Positions 30,900-40,679 of a DNA stretch of 64,000 nt are shown here, one piece after another. Under the pieces are notes generated by a model, which had not been told where the DNA came from, did not search any database, and saw nothing but the letters and a program-made list of their open reading frames with translations. A program made the translations under genes and the position numbers. The DNA comes from an uncultured Gemmatimonadaceae bacterium. Its GTDB lineage: Bacteria; Gemmatimonadota; Gemmatimonadetes; Gemmatimonadales; Gemmatimonadaceae. Positions within the stretch are counted from its first letter, which is position 1, and the number at the start of each line of letters is the position of its first letter. Location: contig CAWAGQ010000003.1 of assembly GCA_963781585.1 (NCBI GenBank), positions 128,001-192,000 on the forward strand, in the 5' to 3' direction.

Positions 30900-31099
30900 G
30901 CCAGCATTCGGACACTGACCAACGGCCACGGCCGCAGGGCAGACGCCACAGGCCAAGACGGTCAGCGCATTCCCGCGCTCATAGCTCACAGCGACGCAGC
31001 GGAGTTTGCGGCTGGAGTGGCGACGCGGTAGCGTGGTGCAGACTTCGGCGCCTCTGGGTCGGGCGCCGCGCCCTCTCACCATCAGCCACGCGCTTTCCA

Positions 31100-31891
31100 A
31101 TGGATCTGGGGCTTGCGAACAGGGTCGCTCTGGTCACCGGCGCATCGTCCGGCCTCGGCCTGGCCATCGCGCGCGAATTGAGCCAGGAGGGCGCATCGGT
31201 CGCGATCGTTGCCCGACGCGAGGACGTCCTTCGCCAGGCGGCGGGAGCGATTTCCGCTGCCACGAAGCGGCGTGTTCTGCCGATACCCGGTGACGTCTCG
31301 CGCGACGGCGAAGCGGCGCGGGTGGCGAACCTGGCCGCCGAGAATCTCGGCCCGGTGGACATTCTCGTCGCCAACGCCGGTGGGCCGCCCGCCACGATGT
31401 TCGATTCAACGACGGAGGAGCAGTACCTGGCGGCGATCCGCGTCAACCTCCTGGCCTCGGTGTGGCTGGCGCGGGCCTGCGTACCTTCCATGCGCGCGCG
31501 GAAATGGGGGCGCGTGATCTTCCTGTCGTCCTTCGTGGCGAAGATGCCTCTCGTCAACCTGATTCTTTCCAACACGGCACGCGCAGGGCTGCTGGGGTTT
31601 GCGAAGACGCTATCCAACGAGTGCGCCGCCGACAATGTGCTGGTCAACTCGGTACTGCCGGGGCACTTTGACACACCGCGCGCTCTGGAACTGGCGCGCA
31701 TGCGTGCCGAACGGGAGCACCTTTCGGTGGAAGAGCTCCTGAAGGGGCGGGTGGCGCACACGCCGATCCGCCGGGCTGGTGATCCGCGCGAGTTCGCGGC
31801 GGTCGTCGCGTTCCTGGCCAGCGAGCGCGCGAGCTACGTCACCGGGACGGCCATCCAGGTGGATGGAGGCCAGGTCCCCACGATCGTCTGA
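31100..31891 (+). CDS. SDR-family oxidoreductase
   Basis: TGASSGLG, DILVANAGGP, YVTGTAIQVDGG. Confidence 0.93.
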   Translation: MDLGLANRVALVTGASSGLGLAIARELSQEGASVAIVARREDVLRQAAGAISAATKRRVLPIPGDVSRDGEAARVANLAAENLGPVDILVANAGGPPATMFDSTTEEQYLAAIRVNLLASVWLARACVPSMRARKWGRVIFLSSFVAKMPLVNLILSNTARAGLLGFAKTLSNECAADNVLVNSVLPGHFDTPRALELARMRAEREHLSVEELLKGRVAHTPIRRAGDPREFAAVVAFLASERASYVTGTAIQVDGGQVPTIV

Positions 31892-31928
31892 CCGAGATCC
31901 TGTCGTTCGCACCCTCCAATTCCCGATT

Positions 31929-32954
31929 ATGAGAGCGCTGGTGAAGGTTGCAGGGGGACACGGCTTTTGCCTGAAGGAGACACCCGAGCCGGAGATTCGC
32001 GACGATGAGGTGCTGATCCGGGTTCGCCGCGCCGGGGTCTGCGGAACCGACGTGCACATTTACGAGTGGGACGACTGGGCGCGGGGGCGCTGCAAGCCGC
32101 CGTTCGTGGTGGGGCACGAGTTTGCCGGTGACGTGGTGACGGCGGGGAATCTGGTCACCGACGTCAAGGTGGGAGATCGCGTGACCGCGGAGGGTCACAT
32201 CGTCTGCGGGCGTTGCCTGCTCTGTCGAACGGGGAACTCGCACGTCTGCCCGTACACGAGGATCATCGGCGTCGACCGCGACGGGTGCTTTGCCGAGTTC
32301 ATCGCGATGCCGGCAATCAACGTCTGGCATCTGGATGACAGCATCTCGTACGAGGTGGGAGGCATTCACGATCCCATGGGAAATGCCTTTCACACCGCGC
32401 TCACCGCCGAGATTCCGGGTGCCACGGTGCTGATCACGGGATGCGGGCCGATCGGCATCTTCGCCGCCGGTATCTGTCGGGCAGCCGGCGCCTCGCGGGT
32501 GATCGCATCGGACGTCAACGATCGGCGGCTCGCCCTGGCGGAGCGAATGGGGGCGCACGATGTGGTGCACCCGGAAGCGGTGGAGGAGGCTGTGAAGCGG
32601 GCGACCGCGGGACTCGGCGTGGACGTGGTGCTGGAGATGTCGGGGGTGCCCGCCGCGATCCATCAGGGCTTCGCGCTGGTGCGTGTTGGCGGTCGAGTGC
32701 AGATGCTCGGCATTCCCGCGCGTCCCCTGGAATTCAATCTCGCCAACGAGATCATCTTCAAGGGACTGACAATCTACGGCGTGGTGGGCCGGCGGATGTA
32801 CGAGACCTGGCACCAGATGACGCGCTTCCTGCTTTCCGGGGAGTTCGATCCCACGCCGGTCATTACGCATCGCTTCCCGCTCGAAGCCGCCGATGAAGCG
32901 ATGCGGGTGATCCAGAGTGGCGAAGCGGGCAAGGTGGTATTCGAGGTCGCGTAA
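31929..32954 (+). CDS. tdh: L-threonine 3-dehydrogenase
   Basis: GVCGTDVHIYEWDDWA, GHEFAG, EGHIVCGRCLLCRTG, GRRMYETW; adjacent to kbl. Confidence 0.95.
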   Translation: MRALVKVAGGHGFCLKETPEPEIRDDEVLIRVRRAGVCGTDVHIYEWDDWARGRCKPPFVVGHEFAGDVVTAGNLVTDVKVGDRVTAEGHIVCGRCLLCRTGNSHVCPYTRIIGVDRDGCFAEFIAMPAINVWHLDDSISYEVGGIHDPMGNAFHTALTAEIPGATVLITGCGPIGIFAAGICRAAGASRVIASDVNDRRLALAERMGAHDVVHPEAVEEAVKRATAGLGVDVVLEMSGVPAAIHQGFALVRVGGRVQMLGIPARPLEFNLANEIIFKGLTIYGVVGRRMYETWHQMTRFLLSGEFDPTPVITHRFPLEAADEAMRVIQSGEAGKVVFEVA

Positions 32955-32988
32955 CTTCCACCAGTCGGCGACCAGCGGAGGTTTGATC

Positions 32989-34194
32989 GTGAGTCTGAAC
33001 GGGGGGTTTCGCGAAGATCTGAAGGCAAAGATCCGCCAGCTCAAGGCGGACCGTGTCTACAAGCGCCTCAACTACCTCTCCTCGCCGCAGTCGGCGCACG
33101 TAACGATGGAAGGACGGGGAGACGTGCTGATTCTGTCCTCCAACAACTATCTGGGCCTGTCGGACGAGCCGGAGGTTGTCGAGGCCGGACATGAGGGGCT
33201 GCGGAAGTACGGCGCGGGAACCGGGAGCGTCCGGTTCATCTGCGGCACGTTCGCGGTCCACCGGGAGTTGGAGCAGGCGCTGGCGCGGTTCGTGGGATGC
33301 GAGGCGTCGATGAGTTTCGTGTCATGCTGGAACGCCAACGAGGGGCTGACGCCGACGGTGCTGGAGGAAGGGGACGTGGTTCTGTCGGACGAGTTGAATC
33401 ATGCGTCCATCATCGACTCGATCCGGCTGGCGAAGTCGATAACGAAGTGCATGTCGGTGGTATTCAAGCACGGCGACATGGACGACCTGCGGGCCAAGCT
33501 GGCGGCGAATCGGGGGTCCAAGCGGAAGCTCATCTGGACCGATGGCGTGTTCTCGATGGAAGGGAGCGTGTGTCGCCTCCCCGACCTGCTCGAGATCGCA
33601 AGAGCGCACGATGCGGTGCTGGCGGTGGACGACTCGCACTCAACTGGAGTGCTGGGGAAGACGGGCCGGGGTACGGCGGAGCACTTCGGGGTGCTGGGGG
33701 AGGTGGACGTGATCACGTCGACATTGGGCAAGGCGTTAGGCGGCGCGGCGGGCGGGTTCGTGGCGGGACCGGACGTTCTCTGTGACATGCTGACGCAGCG
33801 CTCCCGTCCGCAGCTGTTCTCCAACGCCCTGCCGCCCACGGTGGCGTCGAGCGCCCTGGCCGCGGTGCGTTTCATCGAGAATCACCCGGAACGCGTGGAA
33901 CGCCTTCGCGAGAACACCCGCTACTTCCGTGCCGCCATCTCCGACGCCGGATTCAAGCCGCTTCCCGGGGAGACGCCGATCGTGCCGATCATCGTGGGCG
34001 ACACGGCGAAGGCGATCGAGATGAGCGACCTGATGCTGGGCGAGGGCATCTTCGTCACGGGGTTCGGCTATCCGGTGGTTCCGCAGGGAACCGCCCGCGT
34101 CCGGTGCCAGCTGTCGGCCGCACACACGCCCGATGACCTGGACTTCGCGGTGCGCGTATTCAAGAAGGTGGGAACGAAGCTGGGAATCGTGTAG
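32989..34194 (+). CDS. kbl: Glycine C-acetyltransferase (2-amino-3-ketobutyrate CoA ligase)
   Basis: SNNYLGL, SVRFICGT, LNHASIID, TLGKALGG, QRSRPQLFSN. Confidence 0.95.
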   Translation: MSLNGGFREDLKAKIRQLKADRVYKRLNYLSSPQSAHVTMEGRGDVLILSSNNYLGLSDEPEVVEAGHEGLRKYGAGTGSVRFICGTFAVHRELEQALARFVGCEASMSFVSCWNANEGLTPTVLEEGDVVLSDELNHASIIDSIRLAKSITKCMSVVFKHGDMDDLRAKLAANRGSKRKLIWTDGVFSMEGSVCRLPDLLEIARAHDAVLAVDDSHSTGVLGKTGRGTAEHFGVLGEVDVITSTLGKALGGAAGGFVAGPDVLCDMLTQRSRPQLFSNALPPTVASSALAAVRFIENHPERVERLRENTRYFRAAISDAGFKPLPGETPIVPIIVGDTAKAIEMSDLMLGEGIFVTGFGYPVVPQGTARVRCQLSAAHTPDDLDFAVRVFKKVGTKLGIV

Positions 34195-34452
34195 CCGCCC
34201 CGGCGGGCCGTCGCCCCCGGAGTGTGACGCAGGCTACAAAGGGCCTGTCAGCGGGCGTGACCACCTCGTTTGCATCCTCGTCCCTCCCATGAGCCTGCGG
34301 GGGCCGCTGGCGCCTGCCACGCGGCTCCCCCGACCTGTTCTCGTGTCGCGCCGATCGGGGCTCGCGAATCGGTGTTGCACGCGCTGCTCGACGGAGTGAC
34401 GCCCGTCCAGTGCGCACACACAACCTAACGCGCGTCATCTGAGGCTCAGCGT

Positions 34453-35121
34453 ATGCGCATGGCTTGCACGGCCGCCAAGGTATTCGCCGGTGTCGCCCTT
34501 CTCCCAGGGCTCGTGTTCGCCCAGGCGAACCGGTCGGCGAACTCGTTCAATGATTCGTGGTTCTGGGGCGTGAGCGGCGGCGTCATGCTGTTCAAGGCCG
34601 GCGTCGACCGGAGCACGCAGATCACCGCGCCCAGCGTAGGCGGCGAATGGCTCATCACGCGCACCCGCGTGGGGCTGCGGCTGTCGGTGGAACAGGCGTT
34701 CTTCAATGAACAGGCAGGCATCTTCGATCCCTCGTCGTCCGGCGGCGTGCGAGAGATCGATGTCAAGAATTGGCGCCGGTACAGCGGAGAGATCTACTTC
34801 TTCCCCGTCACCGACGGCAACCTGCGCCCGTACGCGGGCCTGGGCGTGGCGCTGAACGTCATCCAGAATTCGGTGCCCACGGGGTCGTTCTCGTCCGAGG
34901 GTCAGATGGATTCGGTGTTCGCCTCGGTCAACGAATTCAGCAGCCGCTCGTCGGCCGTCTTCACGGTGGGTGCGCAGATGGGTTTCAATCGCTCGGCCCT
35001 TTTCGTGCAGGCCAGCGCGATGCCCACCGGCGGGAACTTCCTGCTCAACCGCTCGCACTACACCTACATGGCGCAGGGCGGTATTCGTTACAACTTCGGA
35101 AACGCCATCGACAAGTTCTAG
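34453..35121 (+). CDS. Outer-membrane beta-barrel protein (8-stranded type)
   Basis: Signal peptide, alternating aromatic strands, LRPYAGLG, C-terminal GIRYNF. Confidence 0.7.
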   Translation: MRMACTAAKVFAGVALLPGLVFAQANRSANSFNDSWFWGVSGGVMLFKAGVDRSTQITAPSVGGEWLITRTRVGLRLSVEQAFFNEQAGIFDPSSSGGVREIDVKNWRRYSGEIYFFPVTDGNLRPYAGLGVALNVIQNSVPTGSFSSEGQMDSVFASVNEFSSRSSAVFTVGAQMGFNRSALFVQASAMPTGGNFLLNRSHYTYMAQGGIRYNFGNAIDKF

Positions 35122-35181
35122 CGGCGTCGGAGGGCTGCGGGTCGCCGCCACCTTCCGTCATGCGAGCGAAAAATCGAGAGG

Positions 35182-35844
35182 CTAGCGCACGCGCCCCTGC
35201 CCCGGTCCGTTCCGGACCGCGGCCGGGGCGCGTGACACATAGGGGCTCGAGCTGACGTAAAACCGCAGTGGCCAATCGGCTGCCAGCCTGATGCCGATGC
35301 GCGCAGACACTTCCACCTGCGCATCCGGGACCGGTACGCCTTCGAGAATCCGCAGCGAACCGCGCTGGAGCGGAGCACCGTTCAGGCGACCGTCGATCGC
35401 CAGGGCCGCACACAGCCTGGCCGGGCCGCTCGTGAGCTCACGATCCGGCACCGCACCGCGGCGCGCGCGCATGAGATCGAATCCGGCAAGCGGCTCGAGC
35501 GCCCTGATGAGGACCGCGCTCCCATGACCGGCTTCCCGCGTGACCGCGTTGACGCACCAATGCATGCCGTAGATGAAATAGACATAGGCCGTACCGGGAG
35601 GGCCGAACAGGGGCCGGTTCCGCCTGGTCAGCCCGACGGCGGCGTGACAGGCAGGATCGTGCGGGCCCAGATAGGCCTCGGTCTCGACGATGCGCCCGGA
35701 CGCGATACCGTCCGCTGTGCGGGATTCGAGCACGGCGCCCAGCAGGTCACGCGCCACACCCTCCGTCGCGCGGTCATAGAACGCGGGGAGAATGGGGACG
35801 GCCCTGGCGGCGCGCCGCGCACCCAGCGCGGCGCGCGCCATCAT
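35182..35844 (-). CDS. mpg: DNA-3-methyladenine glycosylase (MPG/AAG family)
   Basis: GRIVETEAYLG, YVYFIYGMHWC, AVLIRALEP, GPARLC, RIGI. Confidence 0.93.
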   Translation of the reverse strand: MMARAALGARRAARAVPILPAFYDRATEGVARDLLGAVLESRTADGIASGRIVETEAYLGPHDPACHAAVGLTRRNRPLFGPPGTAYVYFIYGMHWCVNAVTREAGHGSAVLIRALEPLAGFDLMRARRGAVPDRELTSGPARLCAALAIDGRLNGAPLQRGSLRILEGVPVPDAQVEVSARIGIRLAADWPLRFYVSSSPYVSRAPAAVRNGPGQGRVR

Positions 35845-37592
35845 GCGGCTGCGTCCTTCGGAGTGCTCTTCTTCGACCGGGATCGCCTGGGCTTGGACTT
35901 GGCCTTCTCCCCGGTTGCGCTCTTTGCGGCGTCGGGTCCCTCCGGCGCCGCCGCGGACTCACCCTTGGCTGCGGACGCGACTCGCGCGCGCCCCTTCCCA
36001 CCGCGGCGTGTCCTGGTACGGGGCTTCGCCCCAGCCACCGCTTCCCCTTCCACCGGTGCCGCCTCGGCGACGGCAGGCACGTCGACAACCCCCACCGAAA
36101 GCAGTTCAGGCGGCGGCGCCGACGGGCGCGCACCCGGGCGGCCACGTCCCGGGATTCCGCGGGGACCCATGCCCCGAGGGGCGGGAGCGGCTGCCGTCTG
36201 AGATGGCTGGGCGGATGCGCGAGCAGCCGCGGCCCGATTCAACTGCTCCGCCACCGGAGCTACATCCGCGGGAAGGGCAACTTCATAGTCATCCCCACGG
36301 CGACGGAGATCGATGATCTCGGCGTCGTGCGCGTCGCGGAGCACGCGAGCAAAGTTCCGTTCGCTCAGGCTCTCGCTGTCGCGGCCGAGCAAATCGAAGG
36401 CCCGCCGCCGGAGCGCCACTGCCGGCACCGAGCCGCCATCGGCGATCAGCGCCGCCGTGGTGCGGCGGAGCAGATCGAAGGCCTCCTCTCTCGTCAGGCG
36501 TTCGCCGCCGAGGCCGATCCCGTCGCTGGCTCCGGCGGACACCGCTGTTGCCGCTGGCGCCGGGGTCGAGGCTTCCGCCACTTCGGGAGCGGCCGCCGCG
36601 GCAATCGGCGGAAGGGCCGCACGCTCCTCGCGCTCACGCCCCGGCCCGCGGTCCCGTCCGCCCCGGCGTCCACGCCGGGTTCCCCGCTCCTCACGATCAC
36701 GCGGCTCGGATCCCCGTCCTCCGGGAGGCCGGTGCGATGCGGATGGTTGCGCTCCCCCACCAACGCGATGCGGATGTTCGGACGGCGCAACTTCGAGCTG
36801 GCCGTTCTCCATCTTCGTCACCTTGATGAGTCCCTGCGCCGCCGCCTCCTGACAGAACCGCGAGAACTTCGACATGCCGAGATTCTTCTCGTCGAACCCG
36901 GGGTCGATGTCCTGCATGACCTGCTTGAGGCGATCCGAGCGCATCACGTCGCCGTTCTTCACCATGCGATTGATGGCTTCGGTGACGAGCTCCCAGGGAT
37001 CCCACTTCACGACTTCATCCTCGCCAGCCTTCACCAGCCCGGCCAGGGCGTTGTAGCTGTAATACTCGTCGCAGTTCATGACCAGCAGGTCGCTCGACGA
37101 CTCCCGGATCCCGACACCGATGACGTACTTGCCGTATTCCTTGAGCTTCGTCACCAGACTGGCGAAGTCGGAATCGCCGGAGAGCAGGATGTAGGTTCCG
37201 ATTTCCGAACGCGTGAAGACCAGCTCCATGGCGTCGACCGACAGCCGGATGTCGGTCGCGTTCTTCTTCGACGTCCCATAGGCAGGCGCCATGATCATGT
37301 CGATCGACGCCTCTGCGAGCGGAACGATGTACTGGGGATAGCGGCGCCAGTCAGCGTAGGCGCGCTGCACGGCGACTTTGCCCTTGATGATTTCCGAGCC
37401 GAGGAGGTTGCGGAGTTCACCCGCCAGGTCGGAGCGGATCCCCATCGTCACGTTGTCGAAGTCGATGAGGAGGGCGGCGTTTGGTGCGTGTTGAACCGGG
37501 AGTTGGGAGAGTTGAGGTAGGGCTTGCGGACCCCGATGTATGGGGGTGACCGGCGCGCGCGATGGCGTGTGCCGTGGTAGGCGTTGGTTCAT
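35841..37592 (-). CDS. NYN-domain protein (LabA/DUF88) with LOTUS/OST-HTH domains and a basic low-complexity tail
   Basis: ALLIDFDNV, RAYADW, KNATDIRL, SGDSDF, CDEYYSY; FDEKNLGMSKFSRF. The start is uncertain. Confidence 0.85.
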   Translation of the reverse strand: MNQRLPRHTPSRAPVTPIHRGPQALPQLSQLPVQHAPNAALLIDFDNVTMGIRSDLAGELRNLLGSEIIKGKVAVQRAYADWRRYPQYIVPLAEASIDMIMAPAYGTSKKNATDIRLSVDAMELVFTRSEIGTYILLSGDSDFASLVTKLKEYGKYVIGVGIRESSSDLLVMNCDEYYSYNALAGLVKAGEDEVVKWDPWELVTEAINRMVKNGDVMRSDRLKQVMQDIDPGFDEKNLGMSKFSRFCQEAAAQGLIKVTKMENGQLEVAPSEHPHRVGGGAQPSASHRPPGGRGSEPRDREERGTRRGRRGGRDRGPGREREERAALPPIAAAAAPEVAEASTPAPAATAVSAGASDGIGLGGERLTREEAFDLLRRTTAALIADGGSVPAVALRRRAFDLLGRDSESLSERNFARVLRDAHDAEIIDLRRRGDDYEVALPADVAPVAEQLNRAAAARASAQPSQTAAAPAPRGMGPRGIPGRGRPGARPSAPPPELLSVGVVDVPAVAEAAPVEGEAVAGAKPRTRTRRGGKGRARVASAAKGESAAAPEGPDAAKSATGEKAKSKPRRSRSKKSTPKDAAA

Positions 37593-37952
37593 GTCGTGTG
37601 GTGAGCTGCGGTGTGTGTTGAAAGCGCGCATCTGCGCGTCGTGCCCCGTCACACTCTCCGGCGTCACCTGCAAACGGTGGTTCCCGGGAACGTGCGACGA
37701 AGGCATGGGATCCCAGACTGGCTCCCGGCATGCCCCTCTGCGGGCCATTGTCAAACCGGGTCACCAGCCTCCGGCCGGATCCCATTCACGCTCACCGACT
37801 CCCCACGTCGTCGTGGAAACATCGATGTCGCAAAGGGTTCGAGGCTCGGCGCGACTAGCCTATCAGCTCGCTTTGCCGCTCGCGCAGGCCCCGCTGACCC
37901 GGACGGATGGAGGTTAATGTAACACGTCTCCCGCTGGCACGCACCGACCAGT

Positions 37953-38375
37953 TCAGACCCCCATCGCCTTCAGGATAACGCGCTTGGGGCGCTGCCCGTC
38001 CCATTCCCCGTAGAAGACGCGCTGCCACGGACCGAAGTCCAGACGACCGCCGGTCACCGGCACGATCACCTCATGTCCGATGGTCAGGCTGCGCAAATGC
38101 GCGGCCGCATTGTCCTCGCCGGTGCCCGAGTTGTGGCGATACCGCTCCGGATCCCATGGCGCGATTCGACTCTCCAGCCAGTCGAGTATGTCCTTCCAGA
38201 GGCCAGGTTCGTGGTCGTTCACGAACACGCTGGCGGAGATGTGCATCGCGGAGACGAGGACAAATCCCTCGGCGATCCCGGCCTCGGATCGACACTCCTC
38301 GACCGAGTCGGTGATGTCGATGATCTCCTGGCGTTTCCTGGTATTGAACGTCAGGTACGCGGTGTGAGTCTTCAT
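37953..38375 (-). CDS. yjbQ: YjbQ/UPF0047 family protein
   Basis: MHISASVFVND, YRHN...EDNAAAHL, GPWQRVFYGEWDGQR. Confidence 0.9.
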   Translation of the reverse strand: MKTHTAYLTFNTRKRQEIIDITDSVEECRSEAGIAEGFVLVSAMHISASVFVNDHEPGLWKDILDWLESRIAPWDPERYRHNSGTGEDNAAAHLRSLTIGHEVIVPVTGGRLDFGPWQRVFYGEWDGQRPKRVILKAMGV

Positions 38376-38533
38376 GGCCCTCCCAGAAGGTGGCTCTTGC
38401 ATGCGGAAAACGGTTGAACCGGCCGCCTGGATCGGGAAGAGACGCTTGATTGCCGGGAGTTGACGGCGACAGTCTCGGCCGTTCTCCTCAGCCTTCCGCA
38501 GCGTATCTTGGGACCGGCTGCCCAGGGGTGTCC

Positions 38534-39793
38534 ATGTTGCGGCAACTCGCGTTTCGCAAGCGTCTCCTCGTCGTTCTTTCACTGTTTGCGCTGGTGCCTG
38601 CCATCGCGATGACGGTCGCGTGGGCAGTTGCCGTTCGCACCGTCCTGCTCAAGGTCTCGGAGAACGCGGCGTGGGAGCAGGTTGCGTCTTCCGGCGCGCG
38701 CGCGCTCGATTCGCTGCGCGGAGCACCGCTCTCGTCCGGTCAGCGCGCGGCCCTCAGAGCCCATGAGCAGAACCTGGCGCAGTCGGTCACCCAGGCGCGC
38801 CGATTCGACTTCGTGGCGGTGCGATTCGCCAGGGTGATGATAGTGGGAGCGATTGTCGGACTCGTGCTGCTGGGGGTGCTCGCGTCGCGGGTGGCCGGGC
38901 ATCTCAGCCGGCAGATGAGTCGGCCCCTGAACGAGCTGCTGGGATGGGCCGAACTGATCGCCCGGGGCGCCTCTCTTCCGGCCGAGACTCCACTGCGAGG
39001 CGCGCCGGAGTTCAAGGTGCTGCGCGAGCGCATGCGGACCATGGCAGTGGAGCTCGCCGATGGGCGGGTTCGCGCACTCGAGGCCGAGCGGCTGGGCGCC
39101 TTTCGCGAGAGCGCGCGCCGATTCGCGCACGAATTGAAGAACCCGCTCACGCCGATCCAGTTTGCGCTTGCCCGGCTCGAGCGCGAAGTCCCTCCGGAGC
39201 TTGCCGACACGGTGGACGTCCTTCGGACCGAGACCGGGCGTCTCAACGAGATGTCGAAGAATTTCTCGCAATTCGGCCGGCTGCCCGGAGGGCCGGTTTC
39301 AGAAGTGGATATCGGCGACCTGGTTCGGTACGGCGTTCGGGCAGTGGTGCCGCCCGATCTTTCCGTCTTCATCGAAGTGCCGCCGAATCCGGTCGTCGTG
39401 CGCGGGCAGCACGATGCGCTCCAGCGGGCGCTCACGAACATCCTGCTCAACGCGGTTGACGCCTGCTCGGCGTCGAGCAGCAATGGTGACGGTTCCGGGC
39501 ATCGGGGAGCGATCCACGTCACGGTGGAACTCAGTCCGTTGGGCGGCGGGGAGGGGGTCGCGATCCGGGTTCGGGACACGGGGTGCGGGATTCCGCCGGA
39601 GCGAATCGAAAGCATCTGGGATCCGTACGTGACAAGCAAGCCCGGGGGCACTGGTCTCGGGCTGGCTATCGCGCGACAGACGATCCTGGCACATCATGGG
39701 AGCGTGGCGGCCGAAAGCGCGCCCGGCAGGGGAACGGAGATTCGCCTGGTGCTCCCGGTGGCGGCCGATTCACACCTCAACGTCGAGGCATGA
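38534..39793 (+). CDS. Membrane sensor histidine kinase (NtrY-like: 2 TM, HAMP, HisKA, HATPase)
   Basis: Two TM helices, HAMP, H-box AHELKNPLTPI, N-box, DTGCGI, GTGLGL. Confidence 0.93.
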   Translation: MLRQLAFRKRLLVVLSLFALVPAIAMTVAWAVAVRTVLLKVSENAAWEQVASSGARALDSLRGAPLSSGQRAALRAHEQNLAQSVTQARRFDFVAVRFARVMIVGAIVGLVLLGVLASRVAGHLSRQMSRPLNELLGWAELIARGASLPAETPLRGAPEFKVLRERMRTMAVELADGRVRALEAERLGAFRESARRFAHELKNPLTPIQFALARLEREVPPELADTVDVLRTETGRLNEMSKNFSQFGRLPGGPVSEVDIGDLVRYGVRAVVPPDLSVFIEVPPNPVVVRGQHDALQRALTNILLNAVDACSASSSNGDGSGHRGAIHVTVELSPLGGGEGVAIRVRDTGCGIPPERIESIWDPYVTSKPGGTGLGLAIARQTILAHHGSVAAESAPGRGTEIRLVLPVAADSHLNVEA

Positions 39794-39797
39794 CCTG

Positions 39798-40091
39798 GTG
39801 ATCTCACCGTTCCTCGTTCCGATCGTGTTCTTCATCTCGCTGCCGGTGACCATCATCGGGGTCATGCTTGCCAGAACACATGCGCGCCGGGTGGAGCAGC
39901 GAGGCACGGGAAGGGAGCTGGGTCCAGAACTCGCGGAGCGTCTGGACCGTATGGAACAGGCCGTGGATGCGATCGCGGTGGAGGTCGAGCGCATCTCCGA
40001 GGCACAACGATTCACGACCCGGCTACTGGCGGGTCGGAGCGAATCACAGGGTCAACGCATCGAGGGGCCGTCATCCGGAGGAAACCGGTGA
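39798..40091 (+). CDS. Small single-TM coiled-coil protein, paralog 1 of 4
   Basis: TM helix then RLDRMEQAVDAIAVEVERISEAQRFTTRLL. Confidence 0.8.
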   Translation: MISPFLVPIVFFISLPVTIIGVMLARTHARRVEQRGTGRELGPELAERLDRMEQAVDAIAVEVERISEAQRFTTRLLAGRSESQGQRIEGPSSGGNR

Positions 40092-40372
40092 ACGAAGACA
40101 TTGTCATCCCAATCGCCGGAATGCTCATGATCATCATTCTGGCGCTGGGCGTCCCGCTGGTCGTGTCTCACGTCAGGCGGACGTCAGCCCGCGACTCAGT
40201 GCGGGGGGAGCCGCGGGACGAGGGGCGACTGGAGCGTATCGAGCAGGCGATCGATGCGATGTCGATCGAGATGGAACGTATTTCGGAGGGCCAGCGGTTC
40301 ATCACCAAGGTGCTCGCCGAGCGTTCGCCCGAGCCGGTGGCGATACCCGCCGCCACCCGCCGGAACGCGTGA
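40088..40372 (+). CDS. Small single-TM coiled-coil protein, paralog 2 of 4
   Basis: GGAGG RBS, GTGA overlap; TM helix then RLERIEQAIDAMSIEMERISEGQRFITKVL. Confidence 0.85.
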   Translation: MNEDIVIPIAGMLMIIILALGVPLVVSHVRRTSARDSVRGEPRDEGRLERIEQAIDAMSIEMERISEGQRFITKVLAERSPEPVAIPAATRRNA

Positions 40373-40385
40373 ACTTCGAGGTCGC

Positions 40386-40679
40386 ATGTTGATTCAGGGC
40401 GAAGACATCGCGATGGCGGCGATCATCCTCGGCACCGCCAGCGCGACCATCATTTCCCTCGCGCGGTTCTGGTTCAAGCGCCTGGAAATACGTGACCGGG
40501 CGCGAACCGGCGCGGGCGACGTGGACGACCGACTGCTCCGCATCGAGCAGGCGGTGGACGCCATCGCGATCGAAGTCGAGCGCGTGTCGGAAGCACAGCG
40601 ATTTACCACGAAGATGCTGGCTGAAAGGCTGCCCGCGGCCGCCTTGCCAAGCGAGACATCAAGGAGAAGTCCGTCATGA
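40386..40679 (+). CDS. Small single-TM coiled-coil protein, paralog 3 of 4
   Basis: GAGG RBS; TM helix then RLLRIEQAVDAIAIEVERVSEAQRFTTKML. Confidence 0.85.
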   Translation: MLIQGEDIAMAAIILGTASATIISLARFWFKRLEIRDRARTGAGDVDDRLLRIEQAVDAIAIEVERVSEAQRFTTKMLAERLPAAALPSETSRRSPS

